64,000 nucleotides of DNA from assembly GCA_012026655.1 (NCBI GenBank), contig JAAILG010001047.1, positions 1 through 64,000 on the forward strand. Direction: 5' to 3'. Source of the stretch: Hydrolagus affinis. Its lineage: Eukaryota. The notes beneath the pieces are model-generated. The model saw nothing but the letters and a program-made list of their open reading frames with translations. It did no database searches and was not told the DNA's origin. The position numbers were made by a program, and so were the translations under genes. This document shows positions 25,791-36,960 of the stretch, one piece after another. The stretch's first letter is position 1. Each line of letters starts with the position of its first letter.

Positions 25791-26404
25791 TGGCACTGGT
25801 TAGGTTAGTGGAAAAGAAAGCAGAGCTCTGTCATCAGCAGTTAACTTTATCATCTACTAATTCAAATATTCCACTCCGAAATTGTGGGTTTAGCATGCAG
25901 ATAATGCCTTCTCTTCACCTACTAATTAACTTGAAAATGAACCTCAAGAATATGCCAATTGTTGTATCATCCAAAAGCAAGTTTGTGCACGTTATTGAAA
26001 TGAGTTGTAGTGGTAAAACATTTTCATCACCCCTGCAATTTCAATGGGCCTCTGTACTGATTTAATACCAGTGTATAAACAAACACTATTCAAACAAAAG
26101 AGGGGGAAAAAATTACAGATACTTGTACTCCAGCCAGAGTAATTGTACTGAACACAACAATTCATAATTGTGTTCAAATATTAGCCAGCAGTAGGAGGGT
26201 ATTGGTGCTTATCATGGGTGAGATACAATGGATTGGTAGGAAGGCGGAAAGCTCCCAGGAGTGAACCTGATGGGCCTATTTGTGTTTGGTGCCCGCCCTC
26301 AACGCCACTTCCCCCACCCCCACTCACCCCACCCACCTCCCCCCTCCCACCTCCGTTTATATATCTATGTAACTAATTAAGTTGTATTTAGAAGCTGACA
26401 AACA

Positions 26405-26705
26405 TTGAATATAGAAACATACAACCACAGAAACAAGAGTTGGTCTTCAGTACCTCAAGCCTGTTCTGCCATTCTATTGGATGATAGCTAATCTGTAGCT
26501 CAACTCCTAATTGCCCGCCCTTACTCCACATCCCTTGATAGCCTGATCTAACAAATACCTGTCTACCACAGTTTTGAAAATTTGGATATAGATCGAGCAT
26601 CCACAGCGCTTTGGGAGAGAAAGTTCCAGATTTCCATTGCGATTCGGGTGAAAAACTGTCTCCTGATTTAATTCCTGAATGGCCTACCTCTAATATTACC
26701 TTAAA
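26405..26705 (-). mobile_element. CR1 LINE 3' fragment
   Basis: CATTGAATATAGAAACATAC tail and AAGTTCCAGATTTCCATTGC (reverse of the ..IWN.L motif). Confidence 0.75.
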
Positions 26706-26719
26706 AACTGCCAGCACTA

Positions 26720-27502
26720 CATTTCTGCAAATGGCTTTTCTTCTCACTTCCGCCAGGTTACCCGCAGGGTACCCCAAGGATCCATTCTTGGTCCCCTCCT
26801 CTTCCTCATCTATATGCTCCTACTCAGTGATGTCATCCACAGTCACGGGGATATTTCCACATGTATACAGATGACACTCAACTCTACTTTTCCACCTCCA
26901 GTTGCGACCCCCCAGTCCCCTGATGTTTTGTTAGCTTGTCTGTCAGACATCAAGAGCTGGATGAGTATAAATTTCCTGCAATTAAACATCAACAAGACGG
27001 AAGCCATAATCTTTGGCTCCCCTTGAAGTCTTCTGTCCCACGGTTCCGAACGCTTCAAGCTACCCAACCAGTGCTTAAAACTCTCCAAACCTATGCAAAA
27101 TCTAGGGGTCAGGTTCAATCCCAAAATATCCTTCCTCCCCCACATTCGGTCCCTCACCAGCACCGTTTTCTTCCACCTCCGCCACATTGCCCGGCTCCAT
27201 CAATACCTCACCCAAAAGCTGACAAAAACCTTGTCCATGCCTTTGTCCATGCTGGCCTCCTCCTTGTCCTCCGAATCCTCCACTCTACCATCAACAACCA
27301 TGCCTTCAGCCACTTCGCCCCAAAACTTTGGAACTCACTCCCTCAAGCCCTTTGCCCTGTCACTTCCTTCCCCATCTTAAGGTCACGCCTAAAGACCTTT
27401 CTCTTCTACTGAGCGATCACCTTCCCACTTTCCCTGATGCAGCCTCACGCTCTGCCATTATTAAGCGCTCTGAGATGCCACCTGGTCTGGAGGGTGCTCT
27501 GA
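26720..27502 (+). mobile_element. L2 family-B fragment with RT core, internally deleted
   Basis: GVPQGSILGPLLFLIYML, YTDDTQLY, CLSDIKSWMSINFLQLNINKTEAI; frameshifted; ends in the stem-loop. Confidence 0.93.
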
Positions 27503-27524
27503 AGAGATGAAGAGATCAACTTAC

Positions 27525-27627
27525 ATGGCATTTTGGGACACTTCTGGCATTTGTGGAACCCCCATGAGGTGCCTATGGTTCCACAGCAATCTTCTAGCTT
27601 CGATAGTCCAGGAAGAGCCTTACCACA
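27525..27627 (-). CDS. LTBP1: LTBP1 exon: hybrid domain
   Basis: Acceptor TTTTAATTGCAG|TGT; [34 protein letters not shown]; donor T|GTAAGT; 103 nt, phase 0-1. Confidence 0.96.
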
Positions 27628-28309
27628 CTGCAATTAAAATGAATATTCTAGTTAGTGCTTGCTCCCCACAGGCATCAAAATCAAGCAACTTCAGCAAGTG
27701 TGAACACAGCTTTCAAACAAAGACAAAGAAAATTATGTGTATAATAATTGCTGAAATTATACCTTCTGAGGCTTAATACTTAAGGCTAGAATGCATGGAG
27801 GGGAGTAGGGAGATCATTAAGACTATAACAGGGAAGGAAGCTTTGACTGAAGTAGCACAGAAAAAGGCATAATGCCTAGATTTATCCAACAATTCCCTTA
27901 CTTGCCTCTGACCCCCTTTCTCCATGAGCTCCAGCCTATATTCTCTCCTGCACCACACACCCAACAACATGGCCATGTTCCACTGGCTCCAAGTATCTAT
28001 TCAGTTGCTTGTGGAAAAGCATTGGCAGAGATCATGGGAGAACAACAACAGGAGGATGTCAGGAGGAGCGTTGTATCTTTATCTATACTATTTTAGGCAG
28101 ACTCCTGTGTGGGAGGATACATTTTGAGAGGACTCAGTGGGAGGACTCAGCAATTTTGTACTTTTGTTTGTTGTTGTTATTGCCGTGCCTTAGTTGTTTA
28201 TTTTGTTCCCGCCACTTGGTTTTGAGTGTGCTCTGTGACGCAGGATGCCAAACCAGATGTAACTAGCTGCAGCCAAAAACGCAAAATTGAAAATAATTTG
28301 TGAACGATA

Positions 28310-28625
28310 GGAACTCCTGTAGCTCAGTGGTTAGAGCACTCGCCTTACAAGCGTAAGACCTGTGTTCGAATCCAGGCAAATCAGGGCGATACCTTGGGCA
28401 AGTTTCCTCACTACACATGCCTAATAATAATCAGTCCAAAAAAAAACACAATAATAAAAATGGGTCATTTCAATCCACATTTGTGGGAAACTGCTGTGCG
28501 CAATTTGCTGCTGTGTTTTGCCCACAAATATTCGGTCAATTCACTTTACAGTATATTCTGTGAAGCGCTTTGAGACATCGATAAGATATGAAAAGCGCTA
28601 TATCAAATGCAAGGATTATTATTAT
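28310..28625 (+). mobile_element. Full-length tRNA-derived SINE
   Basis: A box TAGCTCAGTGG, B box TGTTCGAATCC, TAC anticodon-like loop, family-C stem-loop and (ATT)n tail. Confidence 0.92.
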
Positions 28626-30340
28626 ATTACATTACCCGAAAACAAATACACCTGTGTCATTCCCAGATACAAGATGTTTCTGGTGAGGTGCAAATCATGT
28701 CTCTAGGTCAATTAGTTATTGAGAAACTTCTTAAAGCACTCAGAGACATTGCTGTTTTATTGGTATAAAGAAAATAAGACAGAAAAAGATATATACAGTA
28801 TAAATAAAGAAGGTTAGTAATCATTGGAAAAACCTCACAAGACAAAACAATGTACCAGAAAAGTGCCATGGAATTTACCATTTGTGTTATTTGTTTTGAT
28901 AAAACGAGTTGCTTATGTTCTGTATGGGAATTAAAGTAGGCAAACGTATTATCTAAATATAATCGTCTAGCTTCAGACAAAATTGGCGTTGGAACAGAAA
29001 ATAAAATAAGAACAATAAAAACTGAGATTGAAGTTGCGAGCAGTACGGCCGAGGATCTGTTACACCAAATAAATCAGGAATATTATTCATAACATTCCAT
29101 CTCTGACAAGAACCCAACGCTGAACAGCAGTACAGAAATAATCAGTCTCCACAGCACAAATTGAACACAGGGATAGATGAATAGTACTAGAGTAAAGGTG
29201 CCTGGAAAGTGTCTGTGTGACATTTTATTTTTTGGTGCTAACGAAAGGTGTGATATTTCTCCTTTTGAATACAAGATGGATGTTACTGAACTGCGTGTAC
29301 CTGTAAACTGGTTGAACGCCTGCTGCTTATGCTCAGTCTAATGAGATTCAACATGCAATTGGTGTTTCGTTGCTTAAATCTTCCACTTGTGTTTCTCTTT
29401 CATTTATTGCAGCCTCTCCTCGCCGTGCCACTACACCTGTTCTCCTGCACCGCCACACCACAAGGCGACAGCACATGTGGAAGGATTACTAGTCTCCACA
29501 AAAATCAAATCCATTTGTGAATGGTATTTAATGTTTCTCACTAGCCACGAGCAGCGTGAGACCCACACCACCAGATGGTTTATTTTTTGTGCAAACCACC
29601 AAATACCTTACATGTGGGATCTGCGTGCGCCATGTGTTGACTCAGAATGGTGGTTTATGACCAGTGAAGTACAGTAGATTTCTGCCCCACCACAGAACTA
29701 AATAACTAAATGAAACCGACTTGGGATTGTTACATTTCCGCTAACAGGAGGGAAGGCCAGCACATAAAGGCCAAGGGTCTTCCTGCAACCTACTCCAATA
29801 ACAGACCGTTTCAACACACGTACCTGTAAAACATTTAAGGCTTTTTTTCTAAAGCCCAAATCCTTGCTGCTCAGCAGTCACTACATTTTATTGTACAGAC
29901 TGACCAAAAGTCATGATACCATTACAATGTCTAATACGCCTTAAAGAAACTTGGACATTTGAGGGATGTTTTAGACAAAGGGGGCTTAATATCATGGCTT
30001 TTTGGTCACCCTGTATATCCTGTTAAACGCTTTTGTACGTCCTCACGATGCAAAATCTGATCTACCAAACGTAAGGATTACCTGTTGTTAATGATTGCAG
30101 GAACAAAAGTGTGACACATAACACATGTCAGGGACTCGTTTGCAAGAGACGCAAAAGGAGTTGGAACCAGTGAATCCTGCAGGTACCTGGGAGTGGCAGG
30201 AGCCAATTCTCTCCCATTCCACTCCAGCAGCTCTGACACCCATGAAACACGATTGTGATTTTGAGTAGCTCTTGCCACTCGAGTTAAAAATTAAAAGAAC
30301 TCATAATCTTCCAGACTACAAATAAAAGTTCTGCTCTCAC

Positions 30341-30618
30341 CTGCGAACCTGTGGTCTCCTGGAAACAGCGACCTAATTTCGATGGCAGTCTGGAATAGTG
30401 ATGAGTTCTGACTTGCTGGTGGGTGTATACGGAATTCGGTACTAGAGGCATTGAAGGGTTTTGAATGTGGTAAGTGATACGCTGTTGGCTCGACTGGTGT
30501 GTACCCTTCACCTTCTGTCCCATTGAGGAACTGTCCACTCTGGATACCTGGTGGATCTGGACAGTTGCCTCAGGTGGATGTTTAACATGGATGTTCACAA
30601 TGTTAGGCGGGAACTTCA
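30341..30618 (-). CDS. LTBP1: LTBP1 exon: linker and start of hybrid (TB-like) domain
   Basis: Acceptor TTTCTTTCATGACAATGCAG|TG; KFPPNIVNIHVKHPPEATVQIHQVSRVD...LGRCFQETTGSQ; donor CAG|GTGAGA; 278 nt, phase 1-0. Confidence 0.96.
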
Positions 30619-30694
30619 CTGCATTGTCATGAAAGAAAGAAAGAAACGGCCTCGTCAACAAACACTGGAGCACATGCAAAGCAACCTGAACATA

Positions 30695-30985
30695 TCAATA
30701 CAATGCACATTTACATTTGTTTAGCACGTTTTACATCGAGAGGACATCTCAAAACACTTGAGGGCGATTTGAGAGCATCCTCCTGATGTGACAGGTTGTC
30801 ACCCGAGCTGGAATCTTGTGTGTGTGTTGGGGGGGGGGGGAGGGGGGGGGTGAGGAGGAAGCAAGTGAGTCGGGATGACTCTGAGATGGAACTATAGAGA
30901 GCGAGACAGAATGGCTGAAAGCCCGTCAGTCGATGTTGGAGAACGCAGGGGAATATGAAACAAGCCAGTCCTCACTGAGCAATCC
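30695..30985 (-). mobile_element. Old L2 family-A fragment with poly-G and an inverted stem-loop piece
   Basis: Reverse tail 30695-30760, plus-oriented ATTTGAGAGCATCCTCCTGATGTGACAGG, then GGCTGAAAGCCCGTCAGTCGATG. Confidence 0.6.
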
Positions 30986-31498
30986 ATTATACTATGAACC
31001 GGAAATGCTTGTAACTCTGAAAAACAGAGTGCCTTTACATTTCAAATAGAGAAGACTGTGATATACTGTATATACATATGCATTCTGTGGGAGGAAAAAA
31101 AGCATTGTTATCGTACGATTGATATTGGAGAGTGGCATTTCTGTTAAGTTATAATTCGCATAGCAATGCTGCATTCCTGTATTCATTTAATACATATATA
31201 TATTAGATATAATAAATGCATGAGCCATCTATAGCTGTAAAACAGTTATCCACTCTTGAATGATTGTACCAAAAAGCACTGCACAATTTATATACAGGAG
31301 TGTTGTTCCTGTTATAAAACCCAATCTTGTACATTGTAAGCACAAGTATAACATCGCTGAAGAACACAATAAATAATCATGGTGGCTCCCACTGTATAAA
31401 CGCAGTGAATTATATACATATAGAAGCATTCCACTTGTGTGTGAGAGGGTAAATTTAAAAAAATGACCACAATGTACTGGAAGGGAAGTAAATCTTAC

Positions 31499-31732
31499 TT
31501 TGTATTCCAGACTTACCTCCAAATGACAACGGCAAGGTGTGTGTGGAATGAACCACTGGACTGCTGACAGATTGCTGCTGCTGCTGGTGTTGTTGTTGGT
31601 GGTGATGCTGCCTCTGACCATTTGCAGACTGGACAGGGATATGGCAAAACTTGCCCGTGAAATTCGGCGAACACTGACATTTGTCCCTGGAGGTGCACTC
31701 TCCTCCGTTCATGCATGGCAGGTGGCAGACAA
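31499..31732 (-). CDS. LTBP1: LTBP1 exon: EGF-like domain + Q/H-rich linker
   Basis: Acceptor TTTGTCTCTCCAG|TT; reads (V)[32 protein letters not shown]...[19 protein letters not shown]; donor A|GTAAGA at 31498 (234 nt, phase 1-1). An alternative in-frame donor ends the exon at 31517. Confidence 0.93.
31572..31612 (-). repeat. Coding CAG/CAA/CAC repeat (Q/H tract)
   Basis: Encodes [13 protein letters not shown] within the EGF exon. Confidence 0.9.
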
Positions 31733-32845
31733 CTGGAGAGACAAAGCCAAGATTTAGGTGGAAGGAGGTCACTCTATGAATCCTATTCTTCTGCTCAGTT
31801 TTTCAGTTTATTTTCCTTTAGTTAATAATCCTTGCCTTTTGACATTGCACCTTTACGTGTCGGTAGGACGTCTCAAATACTTCACAGGACTGACAGTTGT
31901 GTAGTGACTTTTATAGGCGAACTATGATAATGTTTTATCATCTCAGCAGCCCCCTGCCATGTTCCAGAGACCAATTGTTGGCCCCAACCGCTCCCACCTC
32001 ATACACACACACACTACACACACACACACAAGTCTAATTTAGCCATAAGATCAACAGGGAGAAATTGTTTCTACTGGTTAGTGAAGAGTGCATCAATTTA
32101 TGCTGTAAAAATTCTGACTTTGTGAATCATTCAGTTTCACTTTTCCTACATCAGTCACAAAATCCTCTTTGTTATGTGGCATTCCTTTTATTCAAAATGC
32201 TGGTACCACGAGTAGCAGTATCCCACGGTTCAGTGAGAGGAATAAAAGAGGGGCGAGTACTTTTACGTTGCTTCTGCAATGCTACACAAGCAGCAACCAG
32301 ACATTCTCAGACTGAGAGAGAAAGGGGAAACAACAATCACAGCCAATTGGTATATCAACAAAACCTCATCCTCCTGCTGAAAGAAGATGTGCTTTTTACA
32401 AGGCAACAGCTTGTTGACACCTTCCATCACAAAGGGAACTTAAACTTATACTTCTGAACCATATTCAGCACACGTTAGGCAATTCACCTTTCAACCGTGT
32501 TCAGCTAAACTGCCTGAAAAATGTGGTTTTTAATTTTTAAAAATGTTTTCAAAGAAAACCTGTTTTGACATATTCCAATTTCTTTTCAATTACCCCATGA
32601 AAAAGCTGATTGACTGGAGTAGGAATGATGTAAGGAAGTGTTAAAATTGAACAAATTGTAGGGGAACGTTTACTGCATTTCTTTCTACATTTACAATCCC
32701 CAAAGTAGAGCAAAATGCACAATATCTTCATCTTCCACTGATCCTGGACCCTCATTCTAATTGTAATCCCAATGAACAGTTAATCACTCCACTTGTGTAG
32801 CTGTTCAATGTCATAACTGTGAGTTTCAGTTTAAAGCTAGCTGCC

Positions 32846-33166
32846 ATAATAATAATAATCCTTGCATTTGATATAGCACTTTTTCACATCTTATCAACGT
32901 TTCAAAGCGCTTCACAAAATATACTGTAAAGTTAATTGACAGTATATTTGTGGTGAAACACAGCAGCCAATTGCGCGCAGCAGCATCCCACAAACAGTCG
33001 TGGATAGAAAATGACCAATATTTATCATTGTGTTGTTTTTGGAGGCATTATTATTAGGCGTGTGGAGTAAAGAAACTTGCCCAAGGTTTCGCCCTGACAT
33101 GCCTGGATTCGAACACAGGTCTCATGCTTGTAAGGTGAGTGCTCTAACCACTGAGCTACAGGAGCT
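32846..33166 (-). mobile_element. Full-length tRNA-derived SINE
   Basis: Reverse complement aligns end to end with 28310-28625. Confidence 0.92.
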
Positions 33167-35164
33167 ATGGTTGAAGGGGAAACACAGCAAAGGATTTGAG
33201 GAATCCACGAAAAAAAAACGCCCTTCAAGACTTGTGGCACAAAGCAACCCTCTTCCTGGACAGGGAAACATGAAGTGATAAATTCATTTTGAGAGTAGTT
33301 TGTGACATGCTTTCACTTCATTCATTATTTTGATTCGTCTTCTCCTCAAGCTCTGGGCTGTCACGTGTAGCAAATGCTTCAAAAACAGCCAAGAAGAAAT
33401 CTGTCTGCATAAAATCATTATCAGTCACTCTCAACCCCACCAAAAGAGCAACTAATCTTTGGTGAACAATGAACTTTTTTTTAGGTTTTTCTGATCAGCC
33501 AGGTATCTTGATACATACAGAAACTCATCACCATGCATAAGAGTATTCAAATCAGACTTCCCTGTGTCTGGAATGGAATGCACATGGGATATTTATTTCA
33601 TTTCGTTTATTTAATTCCAGAGTATCAAATACAGGCTGGCAAGAGCCAAGGCTTGAGGACTCCAAAATGTACTGTTTGGGAATGTAACCAGCTAAAACCA
33701 CATAGCTTGTCAGAGAGAGCACTATCTAGCAAGCTTCCCAATGCTTATCCTGCTCGACCCATATTAGCCATTAAAGCTCAGCTTGCTGAGAATCCATCCC
33801 ATGTCGAACCCAGGTTCATAATCTCCAGATTCGTTATATAAATTACATACCTCTATATAAATTAGAAACTGGTCCTTTCGACTTCAACCACCAGCTTGGG
33901 TGCTAACCCTTAACTGTCCAGCGCTTTAGAATGCCTTCCTAGAGCGAAGGGTGCTATATGAGCACAATTTGTTGTCATTTTAAACCATTTCAACTGCTGC
34001 TGCTACCCTTTACCCTTATTATAGCAATGTTCCTGAAATGAACACCATGAAGTGTCAAGTCGGCATTTTTTGTGCATTAAACTTCACAGGATTTAGTGCA
34101 AAGTCAGTGACTTGTGTATTTGCTGTGAACCACGGCAGCAAATTTGTGCACAGCAATATTCCACAACCAGCCATAAAGTGAATGATCAATTTTATCTGGG
34201 AGATTATTAACCAGAACATCAGGAGAAACTCCCTTCTCTTAAGATCTTTTCATCAGTTGTTTACAATTGTATGTCACAGTCTATACTAGTGCTGAAAGAT
34301 TGCTATTTTTAAGCATTGACGCATGATGCAACCCACAGAGTGCCTGTGGTACTCAAATGAGGCAACGGCCCATTTCTCACTGAAGGTATGTGGGGCTAGT
34401 AGTTGGGTTTACAGTCAATCCATTCTCTTCACGAATAAATCTGCACATACGTCAGTTTTAACCAAACTGTTTTTCATAGGCAAAGGGATGGCACACTCCA
34501 AATACAAATCATCAAAGATCGGTGGAATAGACTCCCAGCTCACATATTCAACCCTGCAGCAACCAAACCCAATAAACCAGCGGATGCTAGCCAAGACTTC
34601 ATTGAAATGTAGCTTTGATCCTTTGATGTCCCCTCCTCCCATCGTTGTGGTAGAACTCACCAAGCACACCACTAATTGTGAACATGAGCCAATAATAAGA
34701 AATCTATACAATCGAAAGGCATCTTAAATCTCTTCCCGCTAATTACTGTAAAGTGTATGTGTATTTGGCAGGTCTGTGTATATGGCAGGTCGGCTTGTCT
34801 TACACAATTGAATGTTGTGCGAAAACCCAGATGTTTGTAACTGTAGAAACGTCATGTCTGTTGATGAGGCGGGTGGCTAGGGCTAGAGGGGGCTCAGCAA
34901 GTTTTACTCAGCCTCCAACCCAAAGAATATTTTCACCCACTGCCTATGTCTACTGATGTTAGGTTGGGTATCAGGATAGGTAAGTATTTTGAAATTTTGA
35001 TTTTCCTCTGTGAGCAGGGAAAAGCTACACAGCCCCTTCCCCAGTAGAGAAAATGAATTGGATTGAATCCAAGCTAGAGGGATTTGCACAAAATCTGAAA
35101 AGGGAACTGACTTGATGGGCCAAATGATATTTTTCTCTCCATGCTTTCTTAGAACTCTGTTTGC

Positions 35165-36426
35165 ATCACCAAGACCAACAAAAATACTCCTGATTGGCTT
35201 GCATCAGCACCTCCACACCTCAGGCACTGACACCATCAGCATCCAAGGCTGCATTCTCCACCCCTCTAAGCCAGTCAGGAACCTAGACATCTTGTTCGAC
35301 CCTGAACCGTCTTTCCTTCCCCAGATCCACTCCATGACCAGTACTGCCTTCCACCACATCACCAGACTCCACCACTGTCTCACCCCTCAGGCTGCCAAAA
35401 CCCTTGTCCACTCATTCGTCACATCAAGGCTCGACTATGGAAACTCCCTCCTCATCGACCTTCCTGGTTCTTCCCTTCACAAGCTGCAGATCATCCAGAA
35501 CTCTGCAGCTCATGTCCTCACCCAGCAATATCCATCAATATCTCGCCCCAAAAGCCGCTGAAATCCTGGTCCATGCCTTTGTCACCTCTCGGCTGGACTA
35601 TTACAATGCCCTCCTCGCCGGTCTCCCCTCCACCACAATCCATAAAATCCAACTAATTCAAAACTGCTGCGCACATTCTCACCCACACCAAACTTCGCTC
35701 CCCCATTACCCCAGTCCTTGCCAGACTTCACTGACTCCCTGTCCCGGAGAGAATCGATTTCAAGATCCTCACCCTTGTTTTCAAATCCCTCCACTCCTCT
35801 GCACCCCCCTATCTCTCTGACTCGGGCTCAGGTCCCAGATCCGTTATTGTGAAGCACTTTGAGATGCCGTCCAGCATGAAGAGCACTATATAAATCGAAG
35901 TTGTTGTTGTTGCTGTCACCCATTACAAACTCCACGACCACATCACTTCCATCCTCGCCCGGCTCCATTGGCTTCCCATCCACCAGAGGATCAAATTAGA
36001 GATCCTTGTCCTCACCTTCAAGGCCATCCACGGCCTTGCCCCCCCACCACCTCTCTGAACTGCTGTTCCCCCTACGAACCACCCCGCCCCCTCTGTTCAG
36101 CGGGCTCCAGCCTGCTCCATGTCCCCTGCCCAACCAGCCCTACCATCGCCAGACGGGTTTTCAGCCTCTCTGACCCCACACTCTGGAACTCCATCCCACA
36201 GTCCTTTCACCTCGCTCCCTCCCTTGCCTCCTTCAAGACCAGTCTCAAGACCCTCCTCTTTGACCGTGTCTTCTGCTGCCCTCCCAACTCTCTCCGGCTA
36301 CTCTTAACTTTCTCACGCCCCCTCCCCTCTACCCTGCCCCTCTCCCTTGCTCGGATCCAAACCTGAATGCCTTGGGACGTCCTCCCGACATGAAAGGCGC
36401 TCTATAAGTGTAATTTTGTTGTTGTT
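35165..36426 (+). mobile_element. L2 family-A fragment interrupted by a family-B copy
   Basis: VRNLDILFDP...[17 protein letters not shown]...[13 protein letters not shown]; resumes after 35915 and ends with the family-A stem-loop and (TTG)n. Confidence 0.92.
35525..35915 (+). mobile_element. Nested L2 family-B copy
   Basis: [21 protein letters not shown], family-B stem-loop and tail; TCACCCA at both flanks (35518-35524, 35916-35922). Confidence 0.88.
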
Positions 36427-36587
36427 ACTACATTTACTCTGGGCTCTGGACTGTAGGCTTCTTGAGTCAAACATCCATGCAATCTACAAAATAACAAATG
36501 CTGACTTTCAGCAAAAGAGATTGTGAATTGTTTTCTGCATATTTGTCATACCAATGGCATATAGCCATCAAATATATGTCTACATAA

Positions 36588-36960
36588 AATACAACTTTAA
36601 GTTTATATAGCGCATTTTACATCAAGAGGATGTCTCAAGGTGCTTAACAGTACTAACTGGACATTGCAGCTGTGGGTGGGAGTTGAGAGGGATGGGAAGA
36701 GGAACAATGATCAAAAGCATGGTCAAAGAAGTAGGTCTTGAGATGAATCTTGAACAAGGAGAGCGAGGGAATCGGAAGCACTCAAAGAGATCAAGAGCTG
36801 AATGACTGAAAGCCTCCTCACAGGTAGTTGAACAGATGGATGAGAGACGTGAAGAAATTTAATGCTTGCTGCATCAGTAAGATTTAAGGAAGTCACAGAA
36901 GTATGGTAGCATGATACCATGAAGGGATTTCAAATCAAGATGCAGAACCTTAAACTTGAT
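36588..36960 (-). mobile_element. Old L2 3' fragment
   Basis: TTTATATAGCGCATTTTACATCAAGAGGATGTCTCAAGGTGC and GGTCAAAGAAGTAGGTCTTGAG. Confidence 0.7.

Noticed and set aside
26611-27412. ORFs over L2 sequence as functional genes (also 35112-36366, 19068-19690)
   Set aside because: Frameshifted, truncated ORF2 remnants with no intact RT.
28310-28390. tRNA-Val-like genes (also 2481, 8640-8705, 33090-33166)
   Set aside because: They are SINE heads: each runs into a shared body and L2-type tail, and no clean acceptor stem is evident.
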